64,000 bases of DNA from Candidatus Latescibacterota bacterium. Lineage in GTDB: Bacteria; Krumholzibacteriota; Krumholzibacteriia; WVZY01; JAKEHA01. Every line of letters begins with the position of its first letter. Positions within the stretch are counted from its first letter, which is position 1. The notes beneath the pieces were generated by a model that was given only the letters and a program-made list of their open reading frames with translations, ran no database searches and had not been told where the DNA came from. Positions 1 to 8,154 of the stretch are shown here, piece by piece. The position numbers and the translations under genes are program-made. The DNA lies in the NCBI GenBank assembly GCA_963761125.1, contig CAVXFV010000007.1:146786-210785 (forward strand), in the 5' to 3' direction.

Positions 1-72
1 GTCCCTCCGTCGCGAGCGGGGCGCTCGAGTCTTTCGACGGGCGCTCCGGGAGGCCCGCCTGGGCTGGAGTAA

Positions 73-88
73 GGCAACCGACATGCCG
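73..88 (-). promoter_or_regulatory. possible sigma54 (-24/-12) promoter pointing off the left edge
   Basis: Minus strand reads CGGCAT-GTCGG-TTGCC, with correct GG-N10-GC spacing; target gene lies outside the window. Confidence 0.35.
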
Positions 89-274
89 TCGGCGAGGGTT
101 GCCAGACCGGTGGCCGTAAGCTAATGTCCTGGAATCGGTTCGCTGCCCGTGCCGGGCGCCGGGCCGATGGTCCGCCGGACGGCGGTTGTCCCCCTACGTT
201 CAAAGCGGGGGACGCGTTGTCCCCGTGAGGACACCCGGCTCCACCCGAGAGAGCGGCGAAAAACGAAAAATACG

Positions 275-2245
275 ATGTCGAAGCGACACTCTCAGAACTG
301 GCTCGATGTCGGCGTTGCCATCGCGGTGACCCTGTTCGCGGCCGCACTGGTAATCGTCCCGCCGCCCAATCTTGACCTGTGGTGGTTGCTCGCGGTCGGG
401 CGCCGCATCGTCGAGACGCACGCCTACATCTACCGGGATCCGTTCACCTTCACGGTCGCCGGCGCGCCCTGGTCTCCGCAGAGCTATCTGTCGGCGATCG
501 TGTTCTACGCGCTCCACGCCGCCGCGGGCATGGGCGCGATCACCGCGCTGCGAATCGGCCTGGTCGCGTTGGTGTCGGTGATGACGCTGCGCGCCGTACG
601 CTTCGCCGGCGTTTCGTGGGCGATGGCATCGCCGCTCATGTTGCTCATGTTGCTCACCGCGCACACGCGATTCGCCGACCGGGGGCAACTCTTCGAGTAC
701 GTCTTTCTCGTGTGGCTCGTGGGTTTCCTCCTCACGTGCCATGAGCGGACGGGGAAATCGTTCTTCGTGCTGCCGGTCGTCGTTCAGCTGTTCTGGGTGC
801 AACTGCATTCGAGCTTCCTCCTGGGACCGGTAGTCGCTGCCATCTTCTTCGCCAGCGAATGGATTGGCTCCCAGGTTCCGTTCCTGACGGCGCTCCACCG
901 GCGTGATCCTCGTCGCGGCCTCGTGCTGGTGCTCCTGATGGCCCTGGTCTGCGCCGTCAATCCGAACCCGCACGCGTTCCTGATTCAGCCGTTCGATTCC
1001 GCGCAGCACGAATTGATGTCGCGTTTCACCCTCGAGTGGAAGTCCCCGTTCGATCCTGCGATCGCGTCAGCCAATTTTCATCCGTACTACGAGATTCTGC
1101 TGGCGGTGGCGGCACTCGCGATCCTGCTGAACCTGGGGCGGCTCCCGCTTGGTCCTGTCGCGTTACTCGTGGCGACGGCGGTTCTCTCGCTCCAGTCGCA
1201 TCGCTTTCGCGTGGAATTCGCGCTGGTCGCCGTGCCGATGGTCGCACTCCTGTTGCGATTGTCCCCGGTACCGGCGTGGCTGCGCTCCCGGTTGCGTGCG
1301 CCGGCGCCGATGTGGAGTATCGCCGCGGTCGCAATTGCGGTGGCGCTGGGTTTCGCGGAGCGCGGCCGGTTGACGGATCGGCCCGTCGAAGACCTCGATC
1401 CCGACGCGGCGCTCGCCTTCGTCGTCGACAACGACATCGCGATGCGGCCGTTCCACCCGATCGGGTTCGGGTCCTACATGCTCTGGGATCTCTACGGTCG
1501 CCGGCATACTTTCATCGACGGCCGCAACTTCGACCCCGGTCTCTACCGCGACTTTCTGGTGGCGCAGACCAACCCGCCGGCGCTTCGATCGATCATCGAG
1601 AAATACCGGATCGATTCGTTCATTCTCCCCGCGCCCGCGCGCGCCGATGCGGGGATGCGCAACATCCACCAGAACCTCGTCGCCGCGCACGCGACCTGGG
1701 CGCTCGTCCACATGGACCCGGTGGCGTTCGTTTATGTGCGATCGTCGTCGGTCGATTCGACCTGGCTGGACGCGCACGCGTACCGGGCCTATCACCCGAT
1801 GACGTTCGAGGGAAAACCACACAGCGCGGACGAGTTTGCCGCCGCCACGCGCGAACTCGAGCGCGCGACAGTGGAATCGCCCGATTTTTCTCCCGCATGG
1901 ATGGATCTCGGACTCGCGCGATTCGCGCGCGGTGACTATGACGCGGCGTCCGCCGCGTTCCGCAAGGCCACCGAGATCGACCCGGCCAACGTCCTCGCCT
2001 GGAACCAGCTCGGCCGGTCGGCGATGACGGCGCGTCGATTCGACGATGCGGTTGCGGCGTTCAGACGACTCGCAGAGCTGGTTCCCCGGAACCCGGCCGC
2101 GTGGGTCGCGCTCGCCGGAGCCGAGGCAACGTCGGGCGACACGGCCGGAGCTCTGGAAGCGTGCAACCGGGCACTCGCTCTGGATGGCAACAACGCTGCG
2201 GCGCTGGAGATGCGCCGGCAACTCACGTCACAACCGACGCCGTAG
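275..2245 (+). CDS. polytopic membrane protein (GT-C-like glycosyltransferase fold suspected) with C-terminal TPR repeats
   Basis: About 10 hydrophobic segments; DLWW after TM1; FIDGR motif; TPR repeats (AWMDLGLARFARGDYDAASAAFRKATEIDP). Start taken at ATG 275 (MSKRH). Confidence 0.7.
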   Translation: MSKRHSQNWLDVGVAIAVTLFAAALVIVPPPNLDLWWLLAVGRRIVETHAYIYRDPFTFTVAGAPWSPQSYLSAIVFYALHAAAGMGAITALRIGLVALVSVMTLRAVRFAGVSWAMASPLMLLMLLTAHTRFADRGQLFEYVFLVWLVGFLLTCHERTGKSFFVLPVVVQLFWVQLHSSFLLGPVVAAIFFASEWIGSQVPFLTALHRRDPRRGLVLVLLMALVCAVNPNPHAFLIQPFDSAQHELMSRFTLEWKSPFDPAIASANFHPYYEILLAVAALAILLNLGRLPLGPVALLVATAVLSLQSHRFRVEFALVAVPMVALLLRLSPVPAWLRSRLRAPAPMWSIAAVAIAVALGFAERGRLTDRPVEDLDPDAALAFVVDNDIAMRPFHPIGFGSYMLWDLYGRRHTFIDGRNFDPGLYRDFLVAQTNPPALRSIIEKYRIDSFILPAPARADAGMRNIHQNLVAAHATWALVHMDPVAFVYVRSSSVDSTWLDAHAYRAYHPMTFEGKPHSADEFAAATRELERATVESPDFSPAWMDLGLARFARGDYDAASAAFRKATEIDPANVLAWNQLGRSAMTARRFDDAVAAFRRLAELVPRNPAAWVALAGAEATSGDTAGALEACNRALALDGNNAAALEMRRQLTSQPTP

Positions 2246-2256
2246 CCGACGGGCGG

Positions 2257-3105
2257 CTAGTCCTGTGGGGTGCGCCAGGGCGGGTCCATCGCGCACCGGA
2301 ATCCCACGTAGACCCAGTGCTTGTCCGGTGGCGTGCTTTCCCGGTTCGCGCAGCGGAGGAACTTTGGAAACGTGTTCCACGATCCACCGCGGTACACCCG
2401 GCGATCCTTGCGGAACAATTCGTTGCGGTCGGGGACGCCCTCGGGAAGGATGTCGTTCGGACCGCGCGGGTATGCCTCGTACCAGCCGTCCACCCACTCC
2501 GCCGCGTTACCGGCCATGTCGTAGCAACCGTACGGGCTGACACCCGTCGGGTAGGACATGATCGGAAAGAGCCGGTCGCTGTTATTCGCGCGCGTGCGGT
2601 CGAATCCCTCACCCCAGGGATACGTGCGGCCGTCCGTGCCGCGCGCCGCCTTCTCCCACTCCGCTTCCGTCGGCAGACGCTTGCCCATGAATCGGGCGTA
2701 GCCGGCGGCTTCGTCCCAGGTCACCGAGATCACCGGGAATCCGTCTTCGCCGATCGCATACCGGCCGTCGAGCCAGCGTGACGGGGGATCGACCTTCATG
2801 GAGTCGACGTAGACCTTGTACTGCGCGTTGGTGACTTCGTGGACGTCCATGTAGAAGTCGTCCACCCAGACCCGGCGCTGCGGAAATTCGTCAACGTCCG
2901 CCCACTTCAGCACGTCCTCGGCGGTGCTGCCCATCAGGAACTCGCCGGCCGGGACGAAGGCCATGCCCTGCACGGCCGGGATCGGGTCCGGGCGCATCGG
3001 GGGCTCGCCGCCCGGGAGGGGCGACGGGGGATCCGCGTGGCCCGCCAAGGCGATCGCAGTCGCGCACAGAAGCGGTATCGCGAGCAACATGAGTACAGGT
3101 CGCAT
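2257..3105 (-). CDS. formylglycine-generating enzyme (SUMF1/FGE-sulfatase) family protein, secreted
   Basis: Signal peptide; F.MG, HEVTNAQY, RLPTEAEWEKAARG, YDMAGNAAEW, RGGSW and GFRC motifs. Confidence 0.9.
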   Translation of the reverse strand: MRPVLMLLAIPLLCATAIALAGHADPPSPLPGGEPPMRPDPIPAVQGMAFVPAGEFLMGSTAEDVLKWADVDEFPQRRVWVDDFYMDVHEVTNAQYKVYVDSMKVDPPSRWLDGRYAIGEDGFPVISVTWDEAAGYARFMGKRLPTEAEWEKAARGTDGRTYPWGEGFDRTRANNSDRLFPIMSYPTGVSPYGCYDMAGNAAEWVDGWYEAYPRGPNDILPEGVPDRNELFRKDRRVYRGGSWNTFPKFLRCANRESTPPDKHWVYVGFRCAMDPPWRTPQD

Positions 3106-3259
3106 AAGGATCGTGGAAATCGGGCCGACGATGGCGCCTCCGGCGGGGTGAGGCCAGCCCGGTTCGGAGAATCTACGCCGACCGGCTTCGGCGCGTAAAC
3201 CCTAAATCTCTTCTGATGTTATGGAGTCGGACCCCGGTGGGGGTATCCCGCGAGGGCCG

Positions 3260-3291
3260 AAACGAAACGGGCTCCCGGTTCCGGGAGCCCG
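3260..3291 (-). terminator. intrinsic terminator, minus strand
   Basis: Perfect inverted repeat CGGGCTCCCGG/CCGGGAGCCCG (3268-3291) followed on the minus strand by TTTCGTTT. Confidence 0.7.
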
Positions 3292-3440
3292 CGTCTGATA
3301 TCAACTTCGATAAAAGGGTCGGAAGGCAGGCGCGCCTTGCGGCGCGCCGCCTTCCTCTGGTGGGGACTGAAGAAGGCGCGTTCTGGGTAGGGGGACTAGG
3401 GTCGCGCCGTTTCCTCTTCCTGTTGGCTTTGCAGATAAAT
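3260..3440 (-). ncRNA. candidate small RNA divergent from LysR gene (5' end uncertain)
   Basis: Three consecutive stem-loops, one with a GCAA tetraloop; two AGTCCCC motifs; terminal intrinsic terminator; no credible ORF. Confidence 0.45.
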
Positions 3441-3555
3441 TGGGTGAAGCCGATACCGTCCGCCTCAACCCTTTGGTATCCGAACGGTTGCCGCATGTCT
3501 TATCCGCGGTACCGGCTTCGGGATGAAACATAGATCGGGTCTTGATATTCGTAAA

Positions 3556-3592
3556 ATAGAAAATATATATTTGGGTTATCTCGAAAAGTTAT
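3556..3592. promoter_or_regulatory. putative LysR T-N11-A boxes
   Basis: ATA-N9-TAT at 3556-3570 and ATC-N9-TAT at 3578-3592, in a very AT-rich patch directly before the LysR start. Confidence 0.5.
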
Positions 3593-4517
3593 GGAAGCCC
3601 TCAACCTGAACCACCTGTATTACTTCTACCAGGTTGCCCGTCACGGCAGCTTCACGCGCGCCGCGCGCCAGCTGCTCGTCTCGCAGTCGGCGTTGAGTGT
3701 GCAGATCCGGGCGCTGGAATCGTCGCTGGGGGGCGCCCTGTTCGATCGCGGCCGCTCCGGCGTTACCCTCACCGAAGCCGGACAGCGCACGTTCGAGATG
3801 GCCGAACGCGTTTTCAGCGAAGTCGACCATCTCGTGTCGGAGTTCCGGGAGACCGACCGGCTGGTCACCGGCGCGGTCAGCGTCGGGACCGTCAATAGCC
3901 TCGGTATCTATGTCCTCCCCGATATTCTCTCGGCGTATCGCGAGCAGTTTCCAGATGTTCGCGTGCGCATCGACTTTCGAGAGTCCGAGCGCGTGGTCGA
4001 TCAACTCATCCAGGGAAAGACCGATCTCGCGATCGTCCCGTGGGAAAGGGCCTATGCCGAACTCGTGGCCACCCCGCTCACCCGGCACAAGATGTTCCTG
4101 GTGGCCCGGCCCGATCACCCGCTCGCGACCGTCCCACGCGTCACGCCCCGGGACCTCGAAGCCCATCCGTTCGTGGGGTACCACGAGGGCATGCACACAC
4201 GGGCGATGACCGACGCGCTGTTCAAACGCATGGCCCTCAAGGTCGAATACGCGGTCGAATCCTCCAACGCGGCGACGATCAAGCAGATGGTTCTGGCCGG
4301 CATGGGGCTGGCCCTCCTCCCCGAAACCGCGGTCGCGACCGAGATCCGCCGCCGGCAACTGGTTCGCCTCGAGATTCCGACGCTGGTGATGAGCCAGGAG
4401 ATCACGCTGTACGTGCGCCGCAACCGCACGCTCTCGCGCACGGCGACCGGATTCGTCGAATTCCTGCAGGAATATTTCGACACGACCCGGGGCGTCGCCC
4501 GCAAGCGCCGCCAGTAG
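3591..4517 (+). CDS. LysR family transcriptional regulator
   Basis: N-terminal HTH (GSFTRAARQLLVSQSALSVQIRALESSLG, LFDR, LTEAG) plus substrate-binding domain ending in GMGLALLP. Confidence 0.95.
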   Translation: MEALNLNHLYYFYQVARHGSFTRAARQLLVSQSALSVQIRALESSLGGALFDRGRSGVTLTEAGQRTFEMAERVFSEVDHLVSEFRETDRLVTGAVSVGTVNSLGIYVLPDILSAYREQFPDVRVRIDFRESERVVDQLIQGKTDLAIVPWERAYAELVATPLTRHKMFLVARPDHPLATVPRVTPRDLEAHPFVGYHEGMHTRAMTDALFKRMALKVEYAVESSNAATIKQMVLAGMGLALLPETAVATEIRRRQLVRLEIPTLVMSQEITLYVRRNRTLSRTATGFVEFLQEYFDTTRGVARKRRQ

Positions 4518-4577
4518 ATGCTCCGACCCGAGGATCGGCCGCAGCCGTTTGCGACGGGATGGTCTATACTGGCGCCG

Positions 4578-5645
4578 ATGCGGATACTCCACACGGCGGA
4601 CATTCATCTGCGCAATACTGGTGACGAGCGCTGGGCGGCGCTGACCGTGGTCATCGACGCGGCCACGGCGTCGGGTGCGGCGGCCCTGGTGATTGCGGGC
4701 GACCTCTTCGACCGGGATGTCGACGCGCCCGTTCTCAAGTCGGAACTCCGTCGCACCTTTGAGCGGTTCGCCGGCACCGTGCTGATCATTCCCGGCAACC
4801 ACGATGCCCGCGGGATTCGCCCCGGAGATTTCTTCGGCAACAACGTGCGTGTGCTCGCGGGCAACGACGTCGTTGCCGACGTCGACGGTGTGCGTTTCGT
4901 CGGCGTGCCGTTCGAAGACGTCGGAATCGACGGGACACTCGTGCGACTGCGCGCCGCGGGCGCGCAGCGATCCGACGGACCCAATGTCCTGCTCTATCAC
5001 GGGGAACTCCTCGACCTGACGCCCGGCGGCGGCGCATTCGGTGACGAAGACGATCGCGACTATATGCCGGCGCGCCTGTTGGAACTCGCCGCGCTGGGCT
5101 TCGACTACGTGCTGGCGGGGCACTTCCATCGATCGCACGACGTGCGCGCGTGCGGAACCGGCTATTTCGTCTATTCGGGATCGCCCGTGTCCATCACGCG
5201 ACGCGAGACCGGACGGCGCCACGCGACGCTCGTCGACGTCGGCGCGGCACCGGCCGCGACACCGCTCGACACGCAGCACTTCGCCGCGGTCTCCGTGCGC
5301 CTGTCGCCGGCCGATTCCGAGCACCCCTTCGCGCGGATCGAGCGCGAACTCTCCACGCTTCATCCGTCCGCGCGCGCGCTGGTCGAAATCCGCGGATACG
5401 TGGATCTCACTCGCTACGGAATGACGGAAGTGGAATTCCATGCGGGATTGAAGGAGATCCGCGCGCGCTTCAATGTGGACACATTCGATGCCGACGGGTG
5501 CAGCGACGTCGGTGGGATTCTTGTCGGTGACCTGTTTCGCCGCTTCGAGGAGCGCCTCGCGGGCACCGTCCTCGGCGACGACGATCGCGCGTTGGTGCGC
5601 GAGATGGTCATCCGCGCGATGATCGAGGTGCCCGATGCGCATTAA
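4578..5645 (+). CDS. Mre11/SbcD/YhaO-like metallophosphoesterase (DNA repair exonuclease)
   Basis: HTADIH, AGDLFD, PGNHD, YHG, GHFH and YSGSP motifs. Confidence 0.9.
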   Translation: MRILHTADIHLRNTGDERWAALTVVIDAATASGAAALVIAGDLFDRDVDAPVLKSELRRTFERFAGTVLIIPGNHDARGIRPGDFFGNNVRVLAGNDVVADVDGVRFVGVPFEDVGIDGTLVRLRAAGAQRSDGPNVLLYHGELLDLTPGGGAFGDEDDRDYMPARLLELAALGFDYVLAGHFHRSHDVRACGTGYFVYSGSPVSITRRETGRRHATLVDVGAAPAATPLDTQHFAAVSVRLSPADSEHPFARIERELSTLHPSARALVEIRGYVDLTRYGMTEVEFHAGLKEIRARFNVDTFDADGCSDVGGILVGDLFRRFEERLAGTVLGDDDRALVREMVIRAMIEVPDAH

Positions 5646-8040
5646 GCGACTGGTCGTGCAGCGCTACGGTCCGCTGCAGCCCTTCGACAACGAACTCTCG
5701 GCGTTCACGGTGATCTACGGCCCCAACGAACGCGGCAAGACGCTCCTGATCGACGCCCTCGTGCGGATGCTGTTCAAGGACGAGCTCAAGCGCGTTCACT
5801 ACAAATTGTTCGGAAACCTCTCGCGCGTCGAAGAACGTCCCGAGGGTTTCTTCGTGGTAGCAACGCACGCCGACGAGGTGAAGATCGGCGCGGACGACAC
5901 GCTGGCGCGCGTTGCGCCCGTCCCGATCACACCTGAAGACTTCCGCAACGTGTTCCTCATTCGCGACAGCGATCTCGCGCTCAAGAACGAAGGTGCGTAT
6001 TACGACCGCGTCAGCGAGCGCTTGTGCGGCACGCGGTCGGGCACGATCGATCACCTGAAGGAATCACTCAAGCGCATCGGGCGGCTTCGGAGCGCCGACC
6101 CCGGCAGCCCGCTGGCGAGTCGCAAGGACAAGGAGCAGAAACGCATCAACGAGCAGCTCGCCGCCGCCGAGCGTCTCGTGGACGCGCTTGCCGCGCTCGG
6201 CGATTCGCTGCGTGCCGGCGGCTTCGACGATGCGTCGCGTCGCGTGGCCGACTTGTCCGAGACCCGCGAGCGGCTGGAAGCGGAGAGCCGCCGCCGCCGC
6301 GACGCCGAGCGACGGTCTCGACTGGAAGTGGCGCAGGCCGCGTTGCGAAAGGTTCGCGAGCAGATCATCACGGCGGATGCACTCGCGGCCGCCGACGATA
6401 CGCGACTCGACGCGTGGCGCGGGATCGCCACTACGCGCGGTGTCCTCGACCGCGACCTTGCCGACCTCGTCACGCGGCGGGCGGAACTGGTCGCTGCGGG
6501 TGACGAGGCACGGGCGTCGTGGGACACGCTGGCGGCACGCGCGGAGGAGGTGGCGGGTCGGCGGGAACGTGTCGATCGCGAGATGCGCCCGGCGGTCGAC
6601 GCGTGGATGCGCGACCGGGCCGCGCGTGCACACGCCGACCGCGGCACGCGCAACGTGGTCGGCGCGATGATCCTCTTCGTGGTGCTCGGCGTGGCGGCAG
6701 TGGTCGGCTGGGTGATCACGCGGTCCCTGTTCGCCGCCGGCGTCGGCGCGGTGTCCGCGCTGTCCACATTGGGTTGCGGCGTTGCGCTCTGGAGAGGATC
6801 GCGTGCGCGTGCGGCACTGACGCGCAACGAGTTGGACCTGGTGGCGACGTCCGTGCGCCTCGGACTTCCGGTGGATTCGGCGGACGGCGTGATCGAGGCG
6901 CTCGGCGCGATGGAACAGGAAGCGGGGCAGGCGGCGGAACGCGCCCGGGAACAGGAGACGGTTTTGCGCCAGCGCGAGCGCGACGTCGCCGGCTGCGAGG
7001 CCGCCATGGAGGAGCGGCGGGAACAACTCCTGCAACTCGATCGCGACGAAGTGTCGTTGCGCGCGCAGAGCGGGTTCGAGTCGGTCGACGCCATGGCGGC
7101 GGCCGCCTCCGAACGCCACGCGATCGAAACGGAGATCGCCGCGCTGATGGCGTCGCTTCGGACCCTGGTGCCGTCGGCCGTCGCGGCCATGGACCGCGAC
7201 GCGCTGCTCGCGACCTGCGAACGCGAGATCGAACGCGGCCGCGCCGACGCGCGCCCCGGCGATGGCGTCGACGTCGACGACCCGGAGGCGATGCGCCGCG
7301 TCGAACGCGAGCTCGAACGCGTGGCCGACGAGGAACGCACACAGCGCCAGCGGCTCGAACACTCGCGGCAGGAACTGCGCCGGATGGAGATCCGCGTCTC
7401 CGAACTCGGCGTCGTCGAGGGGCCGATCCGGTGCCGCACGACCCGCGAACTCGCGGACGTCTACGCGCGGGTGATGGAATTCTGCGAAGCGGTGCGGCGC
7501 GAACAGCGGCTCGCGCAGGAAGCAATCCGCATCTTCAACGAGATCGACGCGGAGGAACAGGAGAAGGTCGGGGAACTGTTCGGTCCGGGCGCACTGGTCT
7601 CGCGGTGGTTCCACGAGATCACCGACAAACGCTACCGGGCGGTCTACCTGGAGGACGGTGAGGTCGAGGTCGAACAGGCGGACGGCAAGCGGCTCTCGGC
7701 TTCGGTGTTGTCCGGGGGAACGTACGACCAGCTCTATCTGGCGATTCGCGCCAGCATCGCCGAGCGTATGCTCCCCGAGACGCGCGGCTTTTTCATACTC
7801 GACGATCCGTTTCTCAAAGCGGATCGAGTGCGCATGCGCGCATTGATGAGAATGCTGCATCTTCTTGTCAATCGCGGATGGCAGATCCTTTATATCACCG
7901 CGAAGGACGAAGTCGTGGACGCGCTGCGGGCGGATATCGCCGCCGACCGCGTGCGTCTGATCGAACTCGATCGCTCATTGTTCTCGCCGCCCGCCGCGCG
8001 TATCGGTACCGAATTTCCGGATGCGCCACGACTGTTCTGA
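5635..8040 (+). CDS. Rad50/SbcC/YhaN-like SMC ATPase with coiled coil and two central TM helices
   Basis: Walker A YGPNERGKT, signature LSGG, Walker B FFILDDPF; overlaps the nuclease gene. Confidence 0.88.
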   Translation: MRIKRLVVQRYGPLQPFDNELSAFTVIYGPNERGKTLLIDALVRMLFKDELKRVHYKLFGNLSRVEERPEGFFVVATHADEVKIGADDTLARVAPVPITPEDFRNVFLIRDSDLALKNEGAYYDRVSERLCGTRSGTIDHLKESLKRIGRLRSADPGSPLASRKDKEQKRINEQLAAAERLVDALAALGDSLRAGGFDDASRRVADLSETRERLEAESRRRRDAERRSRLEVAQAALRKVREQIITADALAAADDTRLDAWRGIATTRGVLDRDLADLVTRRAELVAAGDEARASWDTLAARAEEVAGRRERVDREMRPAVDAWMRDRAARAHADRGTRNVVGAMILFVVLGVAAVVGWVITRSLFAAGVGAVSALSTLGCGVALWRGSRARAALTRNELDLVATSVRLGLPVDSADGVIEALGAMEQEAGQAAERAREQETVLRQRERDVAGCEAAMEERREQLLQLDRDEVSLRAQSGFESVDAMAAAASERHAIETEIAALMASLRTLVPSAVAAMDRDALLATCEREIERGRADARPGDGVDVDDPEAMRRVERELERVADEERTQRQRLEHSRQELRRMEIRVSELGVVEGPIRCRTTRELADVYARVMEFCEAVRREQRLAQEAIRIFNEIDAEEQEKVGELFGPGALVSRWFHEITDKRYRAVYLEDGEVEVEQADGKRLSASVLSGGTYDQLYLAIRASIAERMLPETRGFFILDDPFLKADRVRMRALMRMLHLLVNRGWQILYITAKDEVVDALRADIAADRVRLIELDRSLFSPPAARIGTEFPDAPRLF

Positions 8041-8062
8041 TCGCGCCATGGGAAAAACCGGA

Positions 8063-8091
8063 TTGACGCCGCCGGCGAAAACGGCTAAATT
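8063..8091 (+). promoter_or_regulatory. sigma70-type promoter
   Basis: TTGACG-N17-TAAATT about 65 nt upstream of the CDS at 8155. Confidence 0.5.
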
Positions 8092-8154
8092 ATTAGCCAA
8101 TAAAACGTTCCACTGACCGGTCGACCCACCCCTGTCGTTCATCCAGCGGTACTG

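Noticed and set aside
3173-3533. Small proteins in the FGE-LysR intergenic region
   Set aside because: No RBS or recognisable composition; the ORFs run through strong hairpins and a terminator
3576-5642. Long antisense and alternate-frame ORFs (also 8996-11389, 29319-31751, 45498-47420, 58905-60566)
   Set aside because: Shadow ORFs of high-GC genes: Arg/Ala-rich, motif-free, and overlapping well-supported CDS
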